DNA of 64,000 bases from Prorocentrum cordatum (lineage: Eukaryota), in NCBI GenBank assembly GCA_963575745.1, contig CAUYUJ010000289.1, positions 1 through 64,000 on the forward strand, written 5' to 3'. The first letter of the stretch is position 1, and every line of letters begins with the position of its first letter. The position numbers were made by a program, and so were the translations under genes. The notes under the pieces were generated by a model. That model had not been told where the DNA came from. It was given only the letters and a program-made list of their open reading frames with translations, and did not search any database. Positions 1 through 12,500 of this stretch are shown in pieces.

Positions 1-348
1 GAGGAGGAGGAGGGGGAGGATGAGGAGAGGAGGATGATGATGAGGATGAGGCCGATGAGGAGAGGAAGAGGAGTAGGATTGCGAGGGTGAGGAAGAGGAG
101 GAGGAGGAGAAGGAGGAGGAGAAGCAGGAGGAGGAGGAGGAGGAGGAGGAGGAGGAGGAGGAGTAAGACACATAAGACAACGCAGAGGAGGATGATGAAG
201 AGGAGGAGGAGGAGGAGCAAACGGATGAGAACACTTAATAATAACGATCTAGAAATAATAAGAATAAGGATCCTGCTACTACTCCTACTCCTACTCCTAC
301 TCCTACTCCTACTCCTACTCCTATTCCTACTACTACGACTACTACTAC

Positions 349-389
<41 letters not shown>

Positions 390-2912
390 CTACCTCTACT
401 GCTACTAATCATGCGAGTAAGAATGCTAGTAACATTCAAATGATAAGCATACTACTACTAATCATAATACTAATACCACTAAGGGAAATACGAACCATAC
501 TAAGGAGACGCATGCTTCTCTTATGACTGATTAGAATAGTACTAATGCCAATACTATGAACACTACTACACTAATCATGCTATTAATAATAACAATAGTA
601 GTAACTCTGATATAAGTAAGAATAATAAGACGACTGATAGCAAGAAAAAGACGACGACGCATACTAATAATACTGCAAGTTCCAGTAGACATACGAACGC
701 GAATACTGAGAAGAAGAGGGGGGGAGGAAACGGAGGAGGAGGAGGGGGAATCTGATGAGGAGCAGGAGGAGCATGAGGAGCAGGAGGAGGAGGAAGAGGA
801 GGAGGAGGGGGAGGAGGAGGAGGAGGAGGAGGAGGAGGAGGAGGAGGAGGAGGACGAGGGGGTGGAGGAGCAGGGGGACGATGAGGAGGAGGAGGTGTAG
901 GAGAAGGAAGAGGAGGAATAGGATAAGGATGCGGAATAGGGGGTTACTAGTCATATGATTAATATCATCAATACTACGGGCAATACTAATCGTACTAAGC
1001 AGAATCATGCGAATCATAATATTCGCATGAAGGCACGGGTGCGAATACGCTTACTAATAATAATAATACTAATAGTATTAAGCGTACGAATAAACATAGT
1101 AGCATTAAGACAAATATGGCGCATAACAATACTAAGAGGACGAATCAGACCACGAAACATAATAAGACTACTACGAGTGATACTAATACGAACAAGACAG
1201 AGGAGGGAACTTATACTAATACTAACACCAAGAAGAGTAATACTAACGAGACGACAACCCATACTAATAGTGATAATACTACACATATCTTGAGTAGGGT
1301 TAATAATACGGCCACGGGTAGCAACACTACTAGGACTACTAGAAAGACGCATTATCTCACGAATAACCACATGAACATTACTAACATCGGAAATAACACA
1401 CGTCATACTAATAACAGTAACACGAACCACACTACCACTAAGACTACGGAGGTTAATACTACACTGAACAATAATACGCCTGTAACTGATAAAACGACGA
1501 AGAACAACACACACACACACACGAATGAAACACCTACTACTACTGTTACGACGAACCATATTACCATGTGTACTAGGAATAACACGGAGAACTTTATTAC
1601 TTCCAACACTAATATTTAACACATACGTAGGACACATGAATCGACGAACGCGATAATAATAATGAAGCTATTAGGAATACTAAGACTATTATTGATACGA
1701 TTGATATTACCAAGGCTAAGCAGAACAGTCGACCCACCAATACGTATACTACTAAAACGAAGAACAGGAGTACTATTGCGAACGTCAGAATAATACTACG
1801 GCGCATAAAACTAGTAGTACTGCTCCTACTACTACGAAGCATAATGACACTACTAAGGCTAATAAAGATACTGCGGACGATACGACGACACACACAATAA
1901 TACGAATAACCCTACGAATAAGAATCATGATACTATGCAGCGGAAGAGGAGGACGAGGAGGATGAGGAGGATGAGCAGGGGGAGGAGCAGGAGCAGGAGG
2001 ATGAGGAGGAGGAGGACGATGAGGAAGAGGGCGAGGACGAGGACGAGGACGAGGACGATGACGAGGTCAAGGATGAGGACGAGGACGAGGACGATGACGA
2101 GGAGGAGGAGGAGGAGGAGGAGCAGGAGGAAGAGGAGGAGGAGGAGGAACAGGAGGAGGAGGAGGAGGAGGAGGAGGAGGGGGAGGAGGAGGAGGAGCAG
2201 GAGGAGGAGGAGGAGGATGAGGAGGAGGAGGAAGAGGAGGAGGGAGGAAGAGGAGGATGATGATGATGATGATGATGATGAGATGATGATGATGATGATG
2301 ATGGAGGAAGGAGGAGGAGGAGGAGGAGGGAGGAGGAGGAGGAGGAGGAGAGGAGGATGAGGATGAGGATGAGGATGAGGATGAGGAGGAGGAGGAGGAG
2401 GAGGAGGAGGAGGAGGAGGAGGAAGAGGAAGGGGAGGGGGAGGGGGGGGGGGAAGGCGAGGAGGGTGAGGAGCAGGAGGAGGAGGAGGAGAAGGATAAGG
2501 AGGAGGAGGAGAGGAGGAGGAGGAGGAGGAGGAGGAGGAGGAGGAGGCGGAGGAGGGGGGGCAGGAGCATGAGCAGGAGGAGGAGGACGAGGACGAGGAC
2601 GAGGACGAGGACAAGGATGATGACGAGGTCAAGCGAGGACGAGGACGAGGACGACGACGAGAGGAGGAGGAGCAGCAGGAGGAGCAGGAGGAGGAGGGAG
2701 GAGGAAGAGGAGTGAGGAGGAGGATGAGGAGGAGATTCAGGAAGAGCTGAGGAGGCGGAGGAGGACGGGAGGAGGAGGAGGAGGAGGAGGAGGGGTGAGG
2801 GGGAGGGGGGGGAGGAGGAAGAGGCGGAGGAGGGGGAGGGGACGGAGGAGGAGGAGGAAGAAGAGGAGGAGGAAGAGGAGGGAGAGGAGGAGGAGGAGGA
2901 GGAGGAGGAGGA
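1..2912. repeat. Compound trinucleotide microsatellite field (GGA, ACT/TAG, degenerate AAT/ACG, GAT)
   Basis: Direct reading. Confidence 0.95.
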
Positions 2913-3290
2913 ATTGGAAGAGGATCAGTCTTAACCTGGTCCAGAGTAAACCCCAAACTCATCATCGATGTTGGGCCAAACATCCTCTTCATAGGCCCCT
3001 GCATGAGTTCCTTTTCCACTGAGGGAAGTGCCCCGTTGGGGGACAGCCGTGTGAAAATCCTGCAGCATGCCAGAGCACCATTCCCAGGACTTCAACGCCA
3101 CGAGTCAACCTGACCGTTGCGTCTTGTCGATCCTGCATCGCGCCAGTCAACCAATCCTGGGACTCCAGCGCCGCGAATCCACATAATTGTTGCGCCCTGA
3201 CTGTCCTAAACCTTTCACGACACCGTTTCTGGTACGCCAGCCGTGAGAAACAGTAAAACTCGTGCAACGTTTTGAACGACTGTTCGCGGC
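2913..3290 (-). mobile_element. Probable 5'-truncated retroelement 3' end running into (CCT)n
   Basis: Homologous to 5543-5890 (DATVRLTRGVEV..WH..CRGL* vs GATVTLARDVDV..WH..CRGL*), followed by a short UTR and a CCT array on the minus strand. Confidence 0.55.
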
Positions 3291-4768
3291 GAGGCGAAAA
3301 CCACATTCTGAAAACGACCCGCTCTCAACCCGCGAAGCTCTTGCAGTATTTTAAGACGCATGTTCGCAGCGCTAAGGCGAGAGCCACATTTTGAAAACGA
3401 CCAGTGCACTCTCTGCAAGGTGTAATGCGAATGTGCGCGGCGCTGGGGCGAGAACCATATTTTTCAAAACCACCCGCCCTCAATCCGTGGAGCACTTTGG
3501 AACTTGTTCAAACGAATGTGCGCGGCGCTGGGGCGAGAGCCACATTTTGAAAACCATCCGCCCTCCATTTGTGACATGGTCGCCAGTTGTTCAGCACGAG
3601 GCTGTGAAGGCCCCGTACCTAGGCGTTTGTGCGCCTGTTTGAACATTCCTCGCGCCAGGAATTTCACGCGGGGCCTGCGCGACGCCCTGACGTCGCGCGA
3701 AATCTGCGGCCGCTGCGCTCGACCACGGATTCGGAGCCGCTGGCGCTCGGCGGGGGATGGGATACGAGGGGTGAGAGAGAAGATCCGCAGCAGCAGCGGG
3801 GAGAGGAGGGGAGAACGAGGAGGAGCAGGAGCGGCGATGACGCGGAACATGCAGCACGTCCCCGTGGAAGTAGACGTCCACTGCATGGTGCGTGCGCGCT
3901 GGCACCAGGCGTGAGCGATATACGAGACCACTAACACATAACCAGTCACATGACACGGAAGCCAAGAGTGCGCATAGCTGGAAGCACACAAGCAGCACAT
4001 GTTTCAGCACGGTGCAGCGGGAGAGATGCAGCCAGAAAATGAACCAAGCAATAGCCACCACGTAACCAACACATAACCAACACAATGCCAACATCTAATT
4101 GACATTTAACCAGACATGGCCGCGCAAAGAACGCCAGGCGCCGCGCGAAATTAGATTCCTGGCGCGTTTGCGCAAAGAGGAAAGATATCCCGAGCCAAAG
4201 CGACGACGTCAGGGTCGCGCGAAATTGCGCAAACGCCGCGCGAGATTTCACACCTTGCGAATGTTACCGCGAGTCTTCGCGGCGCAATCGCGGATTTCCC
4301 CAGGCCAGGTCAGGCCAACCGACGCATCAGTTGTTCCAGGAAGTTGGAGCTGTGATCGCATCCAGATGCCATGCGCACGACTCCTCGTCAGGTGCTCAAA
4401 TTGTAGCAACACGCTGCGAGCGTTCATCCTCATCCCTGTTTTCCACTGCGCGCCAGGACTGCCAGGGGTTGCCAGCATCCCGCCGCCATCGCCAGTGCTT
4501 TTCGGGCCATGGGCCAGAGGAGGAGGAGGAGGAGGAGGAGGAGGAGGAGGAGGAGGAGGAGGAGGAGGAGGAGGAGGAGGAGGAGGAGGAGGAGGAGTCT
4601 GACGCCACGACTCTGCCTCGAGCCCTAGGCCGCAGGGCATTTTCTCGGGGCGCGCTTCCGAGGTCGCGCGGGACGTCGACAGCCGCGCCCGAAGTCGCGC
4701 GGGCGAGCCCTCTTTTTTGGCCCCGCGCCCGTTGTAAGAACTCAGGAGAGGAAAAAACACACAGACAC

Positions 4769-4939
4769 AAGGGCTCCCTCGAGGGCGCGAAGTTATTCGC
4801 GCTTCGCGCTTCGCGGTCCTCGTTTCTCCTCCCCCTCCTCCTCGTCCTCCTTTTCTCCCTTTGGGGGGGCGGCGCGAGAGCGCGAAGTTATTCGCGCTTC
4901 GCGCTTCGCGCAGCGCGAAGCGCGAAGTTGGGAGCCCTA
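4769..4939. mobile_element. 171-bp hAT-like MITE (family F) nested in another repeat
   Basis: TIR aagggctccc/gggagcccta and 8-bp TSD acagacac/gcagacac. Near-identical copy at 49630-49800. Confidence 0.8.
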
Positions 4940-5542
4940 GCAGACACAATTAATCCTCGATTCTCAGAAAATATGGGAAAATATGGGAAGGGGGGGGGAA
5001 GACAGAAGCCCAGAAGATGTGGGAAAATGTGGGGAATCTTTTGATTTGTGTGTATTTATTTGTGTGTCCTGGGGCCCCTTCAAAAACGACGGCTGCGCGC
5101 GACGGGCGCTGCGTGGCGCCCTCGCTCCGGGCGCGTGGAGCCACGTCGGCGCGAGGGCGTCCGTGCGGCCGCTGCGGAATTCTCGCGCAGTTCGAAGCGA
5201 TCGGGTCTCGGGGATTCTGCGCCCCGTGCGTTGGCCGCGCGAATTTTGTTCAACGGGCCGCGTGGGCGCCTCGGTTTTCCTTCCAGCGCCCTAGCAGTTG
5301 GGGCTCATCAGTGGCATGGGAATCTCAGGCGAAACGCCCAGCCCGCCCTTGTGACTGGCCTCTGGGCGCGATGGGGAGGAGTTATTCAGAAGGCAAGGGA
5401 GGAATGGAGGAGGAGGAGGATGAGGAAGAAGAAGAGGAGGAAAAAGAGGAGGAGGATGGCGGGCGAGGAGGAGGAGGGGGAGGATGAGGAGGAGGAGGAG
5501 GAGGAGCAGGAGCAGGAGAAGGAGGAGGAAGAAGAGGAGGAG

Positions 5543-5890
5543 GGCCAGTGGAAACCCAAGAGTCATCGACGATGTTGGAATAAACTTTCCCTCCAAGCTC
5601 CCTCTTCATAGGCCCCTGCAACGGTTCATTTCCCCTGGGGGAACTGCCTCGTTGGAAGACAACCGTTTGAAGACCCTGAAGCATGTCAACACATTGTTCC
5701 CGGGATTCGAACGCCGCGGATCTATCTGACTGTTGCGTTTTGACGCCGTTGAACCGTGCCAGAACATCACTCTTGGGACGTCAACATCGCGAGCCAAAGT
5801 AACTGTCGCACCCTCATAATCCTTGGTCCTTCTCAAACACCATTTCTTCTGGTTTGTTGTTCATGGGAATCCGTGAAACTCGTTCAACTT
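5543..5890 (-). mobile_element. Probable 5'-truncated retroelement 3' end running into (CCT)n
   Basis: Shares cctcttcataggcccctgca and peptide similarity with 2913-3290. Confidence 0.55.
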
Positions 5891-6566
5891 GAATTATACA
5901 GTGCGAAAAGCATGCGCTTGTGTGTATGTCATACACGGATATACACATATATAATATTCTCAGGCATACCTATACCACCTATATATAGTATCACACACAT
6001 CTATAATTATAATGGGAAGCGATCCCGAGCAACGGGAATCGATCCCAAGCAACGGGAAACGATCCCAAACGACGGGAAACGATCTCAAGCAAGAACATGT
6101 GTGCAAATCTATGTGTGTGCGCCCCTAGACATTGCCCCGTGGGCCACAGTGGGCCTCCTGGTCCTGAGCTGGCGTATGTACCTTTTGTCGGCTGCGCATA
6201 AAAAGTGACCCTTCGCCGGAGTGACCTTTGGTGCGGGCCGCCAGCGGTCCCCCCAGCACTGGCGTGCGTGCTCGGACTTGGCTCCCACCTTGTGGCCCCC
6301 TGAGGCCACGCCGCACGGAGGGTCGGCTTACTCCACTCTGCCTATGGATTATCCCTGCGCGTGTCCGATTCTTTGGACTTTCTGAAATCCGTGCGGATTT
6401 CTTGGATCGGCGCTGGACGCCCCTCCGTGGCGCCCAGCGCGCGAAAAGCCCCAGCGGCGGCGCCAGAGGCGCCGCCAGGAGGCTTCAGCGCCGATCGGGC
6501 AAATCCGAACAGATCTCCGACAGTTTGTGTTGATGCCGTCTTTGGTTCCTCTGTCGCTGCCCTCAG

Positions 6567-6601
6567 GTCCTTCCAGCCTGGCACGATGATCAGCGCTCAA
6601 G
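6567..6601 (+). CDS. Host gene exon A (cNMP-binding domain start; (R)SFQPGTMISAQG)
   Basis: Acceptor ctcag|g at 6565-66 and GC donor at 6602. Joins in phase to exon B, giving the xFxPGxxIxxQGE pattern typical of cyclic-nucleotide-binding domains. Confidence 0.8.
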
Positions 6602-6606
6602 GCAAT

Positions 6607-6792
6607 CGGGGGCGGCAAAGAGGGGGGTGATGACTAGGGGGGTGGATATCATGGCGTGGGCCATGATATTTCCCAGGTTTCGCGGCGCCTCTTCTTATTT
6701 CATTATTTCCCTGGCCCCCCCCTGGGCCGCGCACATGCCGCCGGCCATGTTTGCATCCCCCCTCTTGGACGCCCCCCTCTTGGCCGCCCCCG
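6607..6792. mobile_element. TIR element (MITE family A) forming nearly all of intron 6602-6794; Introner-like
   Basis: 21-bp TIRs at 6607-6627 and 6772-6792 (1 mismatch). Flanking 7-mers are AGGCAAT and AGGCGAG. Confidence 0.85.
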
Positions 6793-6794
6793 AG

Positions 6795-6940
6795 GCGAGA
6801 TCACGCGCGAGATGATAGTCATTCTGGAGGGCAGCGCAGAAGTCGTGGGCCGCGCCGGGAAGCAGCTCGGCACGCTGAGGGCGGGCGCGACCTTCGGGGA
6901 CGTGTCCGTCTTGGGGCTCTTCCCCGCAAGCATGGCCACG
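6795..6940 (+). CDS. Host gene exon B (cNMP-binding domain core; GEITREMIVILEGSAEVVGRAGKQLGTLRAGATFGDVSVLGLFPASMAT)
   Basis: AG acceptor at 6793-94 and GT donor at 6941. Shows the beta-roll pattern MxVILEGxxEV...LxxGxxFG[DE]. Confidence 0.88.
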
Positions 6941-6974
6941 GTGCTCGGGTTTGGGGAGGAAGGGGGAGGGGGGA

Positions 6975-8745
6975 CAGGATGAGAGATAGGAGGAGGAGGA
7001 GGAGGAGGAGGTTGAGGAGGAGGAGGAGGAGGAGGAGGAGGGGGGCAGGGAGCGGAGGAGGAGGAGGAGGAGGAGGAGGAGGAGGAGGAGGCGGAGGCGG
7101 AGGCGGAGGCGGAAGCGGAGGCGGAGGCGGAGGCGGAGGCGGAGGCGGAGGCGGAGGCGGAGGCGGAGGCGGAGGCGGAGGCGGAGGCGGAGGCGGAGGA
7201 GGAGGAGGACGAGGAGGAGGAGGAGGAGGAGGCGGAGGAGGAGGAGGAGGAGGAGGAGGAGGAGGAATAAGAATAATAACAATAATAATAAGAATAATAA
7301 GAATAAACATAAGAAGAAGACGACGACGAAGAAGAATAAGCGTAATAATAATAATACTAAAAATGCGAATAAGAATACTCATATTAAGACGCATACTAAT
7401 ACTAAGAATAATAAGAATATGAAGAAGAAGAAGAAGCAGAAGCAGACTACGAATACTACTACGAAGAATGCTAAGACGAATACGAAGACGAAGACGAATA
7501 AGAAGACGAGTACTACTAAGAAGAAGAATGCGAATACTAATACGAAGCGTACTACGAGCCATACTAATCAGAAGAAGAACAATACGAATCATACTAATAA
7601 TCATAAGAAGCAGAAGAAGAAGACGAATAAGTAGACTAATAATAAGACGAATAATAAGACGAAGAATAATCATGAAACGAACACTAAGACCAATAACAAC
7701 AATAATCATACGACGAATAATACGAAGACGACGAAGACGAATCATACTAATAATACTACTACTAATAATAATGCTACTACTACTACTACTAATAATAATA
7801 ACAATACTACCAATAATACTACTAATAATACTAGTAATAATAATACTGATAATAATAATACGAGTAATACTACTACTAATAATAATAGTATTAATAATAA
7901 TAATATTGATAATAATACTGATAATAATACTAAAACGAATAATAATAGTAATAGTAACAGTCATAGTAATACTAAGTATGATAATAATACTACTACTACT
8001 AGTAATAATACTATTATTAATAATAACGGGTTTTTAGTATCATTAGTAATACTAATACTAATACTAATACTAATACTAATAGTAATACTAATACTAACAC
8101 TAATATTAATACTAATACTAATACTAATACTAATACGAATACTAATACTACTACTAATACTAATACTAATACTAATACTAATACTAATACTAATACTAAT
8201 ACTAAAAACAATACTAATAGTACATACTAATAATAAGAATCATAATAATAAAAATAGGAATAATACCAATCATAAGCCGACGACTCATAATAATAATAAT
8301 AATGATAAGAAGAGAAAGAAGATTACTAATAAGACGAATAAGAAGACGACGAACACTCATAAGAAGAAGAAGAATAATAATAAGACTAAGAATAATAATA
8401 ATAGTAGTAATAATAATACTAATACTACTAATAATAGTAATAACAATAATAATAATACTAAGAAGAAGAATACTACTAATAAGAAGAACAATACTAAGAA
8501 TAATAAGAATAATACTAATAAGAATAATAATAATAGGAAGAATAATAAGCATACGACTAAGAAGAATAATCATACTAAGAAGAAGAAAACTAATAATAAT
8601 AATAATAAGAAGAGGAGGAGGAGGAGGAGGAGGAGGAGGAGGAGGAGGAGGAGGAGGAGGAGGAGGAGGGAGGAGGAGAGGAGGAGGAGGAGGAGGAGGG
8701 AGGAGGAGGAGGAGGAGGAGGAGGAGGAGGTGAGGAGGAGGAGGA
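6975..8745. repeat. Compound microsatellite GGA/GGCGGA - AAT/AAG/ACT - GGA
   Basis: Direct reading. Confidence 0.95.
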
Positions 8746-9671
8746 TCGTCTCGGATGTAACCTTAGGCCGCGGATCAGGCTAACTCACCTGACCGATGTG
8801 AAAGACCTGCCGCGCGGCCTAAAGTGGGGGTCGGCGGACAGCGACGATACTGAGGTGCCTAGTGGGGAGCACCGATCGATACTCCACCTCGCGATCGCAT
8901 TCGCTGGCCGCCGCCACCTTCTCACCCATGCCCACGTGCGATCCTGTCGAATCAGGGCTCCTACAGGGTGGCATCCCAGGTCGGGGAAGCGAACTTGCCG
9001 CGGCAGTGGTCCGCATTCTGATGAGCCTTGGGCCGTGCACTGCCCAGCTGTTCCCCTCAGGGGAGCGGATGGGCCCCAAATGGGTCCGCGCGCCTCCCTG
9101 CCGCTGAATTGAGGCGTGTGTGTTCGCAGGGGCGTGCCATGCCAAAGCATGGAGGGTGCACCTGGAGGGGATCAATCCCCAGCATGACGGGCACCCGCAT
9201 CGGGTGCACCGGGCCTGCCTTCCTGGTGCCAACGCATGCAAGGCCATCGCGCTGCGAGCATCCTATGACAGCAGGGAGGGGCAACCGTCTGCTAACGAAA
9301 TTGCCCCCCTAGCCTTCCTTAGGAGCAGGCAGACGCTCGAATCTGCTATCCCACTTAATGGGATTATTAGCCTAGCATGTGCTGATTCCCGCTGCCGGCT
9401 GCTACCCGCGCCTCGGGGGTATTCCGTGACACCCAGAGCGGGCGGACAAATCATACCCCCCCCTCGAGAACACGAGGGCGGAAACCGTAACAACGCAGAT
9501 TCTGGATGATACGAAACTGGGGGAAACTGTATCCCTCCCTTGTTGCGGCGTCTACTGCCACTCGGATCCCGGACGGGACTGGCAAGGGGGAACGGAGGAG
9601 AGATGGGAGAAGAGAGGCCTGGGAGTCTCATGCGCGTGCTTCACGCTCGGGCGCGCGTGCGGTTAATAATA

Positions 9672-10467
9672 AAGGAGGAGAAGGAGGAGGAGGAGGAGGA
9701 GGAGGAGGAGGAGGAGGGAGGAGGGAGGAGGAGGAGGAGGAGGAGGAGGAGAGGAGGAGGGAGGAGGAGGAGGAGGAGGAGGAGGAGGAGGAGGGAGGGG
9801 AGGAGGAGCAGGAGGAGCAGGAGGAGGAGGGAGGAGGAGGAGGAGGAGGAGGAGGAGGAGGAGGAGGGAGCAGGAACAAGAGAAGGGAGGAGGAGGAGAG
9901 GAGGAGGAGGAGGAGGAGGAGGAGGAGGAGGAGGAGGAGGAGGAGGAGGAGGAGGAGGAGGAGGAGGAAGAAGAAGAAGAAGAAGACGAAGAAGAAAAAT
10001 AGTAATAAGAAGAAGAAGAATAATAAGAAGAATAAGAAGACTAATAAGAATAAGAATAATAATAATAATAAGAAGAAGAATAAGAAAAATAAGAATTATA
10101 CGATGAATAAGAATAATAATAATAATAATAATAAGAAGAAGAATAATAAGAATAAGAAGAAGAATGAGAATAGGAATAATAATAATAATAAGAAGAAGAA
10201 TAATAAGACTAATAGGAATAATAAGAAGAAGAATAATAAGCAGAATAAGAAGAAGAATAATAAGCAGAATAAGAAGAATAATAATAATAAAAATAATAAG
10301 AATAATAATAAGAAGACGAAGAAGAATAATAATAAGAATACTAATAAGAAGAATAATAAGAATAATAAGAATAATACTGATAAGAAGAAGAAGAATAAGA
10401 ATAATAATAATACTAAGCAGAAGAAGAAGAAGAATAAGAAGAATTAGAAGAATAATAAGAATAATAA

Positions 10468-10505
<38 letters not shown>

Positions 10506-10521
10506 TTAATAATAATAATAA

Positions 10522-10552
<31 letters not shown>

Positions 10553-11125
10553 AAGAAGAAGAAGAAGAAGAAGAAGAAGAAGAAGAATAATAAGAAGAAG
10601 AAGAAGAAGAATAAGAAGAAGAATAAGAAGAATAATAATAATAAGAAGAAGAAGAAGAAGAAAAAGAATTAAAATAATAATAATAAGAAGAAGAAGAAGA
10701 ATAATAAGAAGAATAAGAATAAGAAGAAGAATAAGAAGAAGAAGCAGAAGAAGAAGAAGAAGAAGAAGAGGAGGAGGAGGAGGAGGAGGAGGAGGAGGTG
10801 GAGGCGGAGAGGAGGAGGAGGAGGAGGAGGAGGAGGAGGAGGGAGAGGAGGAGGAGGAGGAGAGGAGGAGGAGAGGAGGGAGGAGGAGGAGGAAGAGAAG
10901 GAGGAGGATGAGGAGGAGGAGGAGGAGGAGGAGGGGGGGAGGAGGAGGAGGGGAGGAGGAGGAGGAGGAGGAGGAGGAGGAGGAGGAGGAGGAGGGGAGG
11001 AGGGAGGGAAGAGGAGGAGGAGGGAGGAGAGGAGGATGGGGAGAGGAGGGAGAGGAGGAGGAGAGGAGGAGGAGAGGAGGATCAGGAGAGATCATGAGGA
11101 GGAGGAGGAGGAGGAGGATCATGAG

Positions 11126-11160
<35 letters not shown>

Positions 11161-11320
11161 GGAAGAGACATAATAATTTGAATAATCATAATAGGAGGAG
11201 GAGGAGGAGGAGGAGGAGGAGGAGGAGAAGGAGGAGGAGGAGGAAGCAAAGGGGGAGGTGGAGGAGGAATACGAGGAGGAGGAGGAGGAGGAGGAGGAGC
11301 AGGAGGAGGAGGAGGAGGAA
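9672..11320. repeat. Compound microsatellite GGA - GAA/TAA - GGA
   Basis: Direct reading. Confidence 0.95.
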
Positions 11321-12342
11321 GCTTAGTTGGCCGCGCTCGTTATCTGGCTCTGTATCGGGGGATCGAGTCTTCTGGACGTGTTTCTGTTGGAGTTTGGCCG
11401 GTCGAGGCAACCACAGCCCTCACCTGGAGGCGGCGTTTTCCCGTCGTTTCTCTTTCATGTGGGCCAGTCGAGACATGTTTCGGTCCTTTCGGGCCTCTTG
11501 GAGGCTTCTCGTCGCCACGGCTGGATCCGCCTCGAAAAACGGGCCAGGATAACCCCCGGGGGCCGATTGTGATCCGATGTGGGTTAGGCGGGAGAGGCCG
11601 CCCAAATGGGGTCGAAGTAGATGGTATCGGAGGGTCGCGCCGCATCGCCGATGCATCGGCGATGGCGGCTCGATGTGGAGCCCGATTCTCCCCATTCGAG
11701 CAGCGGCGAAGCTTCCTGGTGTCTATAGACCCACCACACAATTCGAATAACCCTATGTCGTTTGCACCACATATTCTGAGAACATTTCTGGCTGCGACCG
11801 TCTTGTTTTAATACATCGGGCTCATGTTCTACGAACATGGTTTTTGTTCTTAGAACATGTTGGGGGTTCTATGAACATTTAGAGGTAGGCGTATAGGAAT
11901 GCCGGGTCGGTCGGTCCCTGCTCAAACCACGCCGACGTCGCCGACGCATTGCCGACGTGGCTGATGCATCGGCGATGCGTCGGCGATGCGGCGCGATCTT
12001 CCGACCACATCTATTCGGACCCCGTTTGGGCGGCTTCCACCGATACCCATCCCCATCCCCATCCCCTTCGAGACCCCCACCAAGTTACCACCTCAGTTGG
12101 GGATACACCCCTTGAACCCCGAAGGGAACGACCTATATCCCCATCTGGGGGGGTAAATCGGTCAGTGGGGCCCAGGCCACGCCGCTGGGGATGGGGATCG
12201 GTCAAACGATGCTCAAAGGGGGCGGCTGGGATCGAGTCTTCTGGACGGTTTTAGCTAGTTTTGGGCAGCTTTCGGCTTCCAGGAGGGGGCCTTGCCATGC
12301 CACGGCTCGGGATGGAGAGCTTGTCCCGCGGACAGGGTTTAG

Positions 12343-12500
12343 ACTTAAGTCGGGCCTGTCCCTTCGCAGGGGGAATCTTCAAAAAATAGCAAGGACATAG
12401 TCTGGGGACGATTTTAATTTGAGCATTTTTGAATACTATTTTGACTATTATTTATTTGTCGTTCACAATCCACCTGTAGGGGGACACGCCCGACCTAAGT
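12343..12500. mobile_element. MITE family B (other copies at about 20930-21060, 25926-26095, 29701-29862, 62650-62846)
   Basis: TIR tcgggcctgtccc(y)ctacag ... ctgtagggggaca(g)gcccga around an AT-rich aaaatag/ctatttt core. Confidence 0.8.

Noticed and set aside
4636..4690. Candidate upstream exon (GIFSGRASEVARDVDSR)
   Set aside because: The peptide is suggestive, but no phase-compatible donor site was found.
1..11320. Long poly-Arg/Pro/Leu/Ile/Glu ORFs in the track
   Set aside because: They are translations of stop-free trinucleotide microsatellites with no domain signal.
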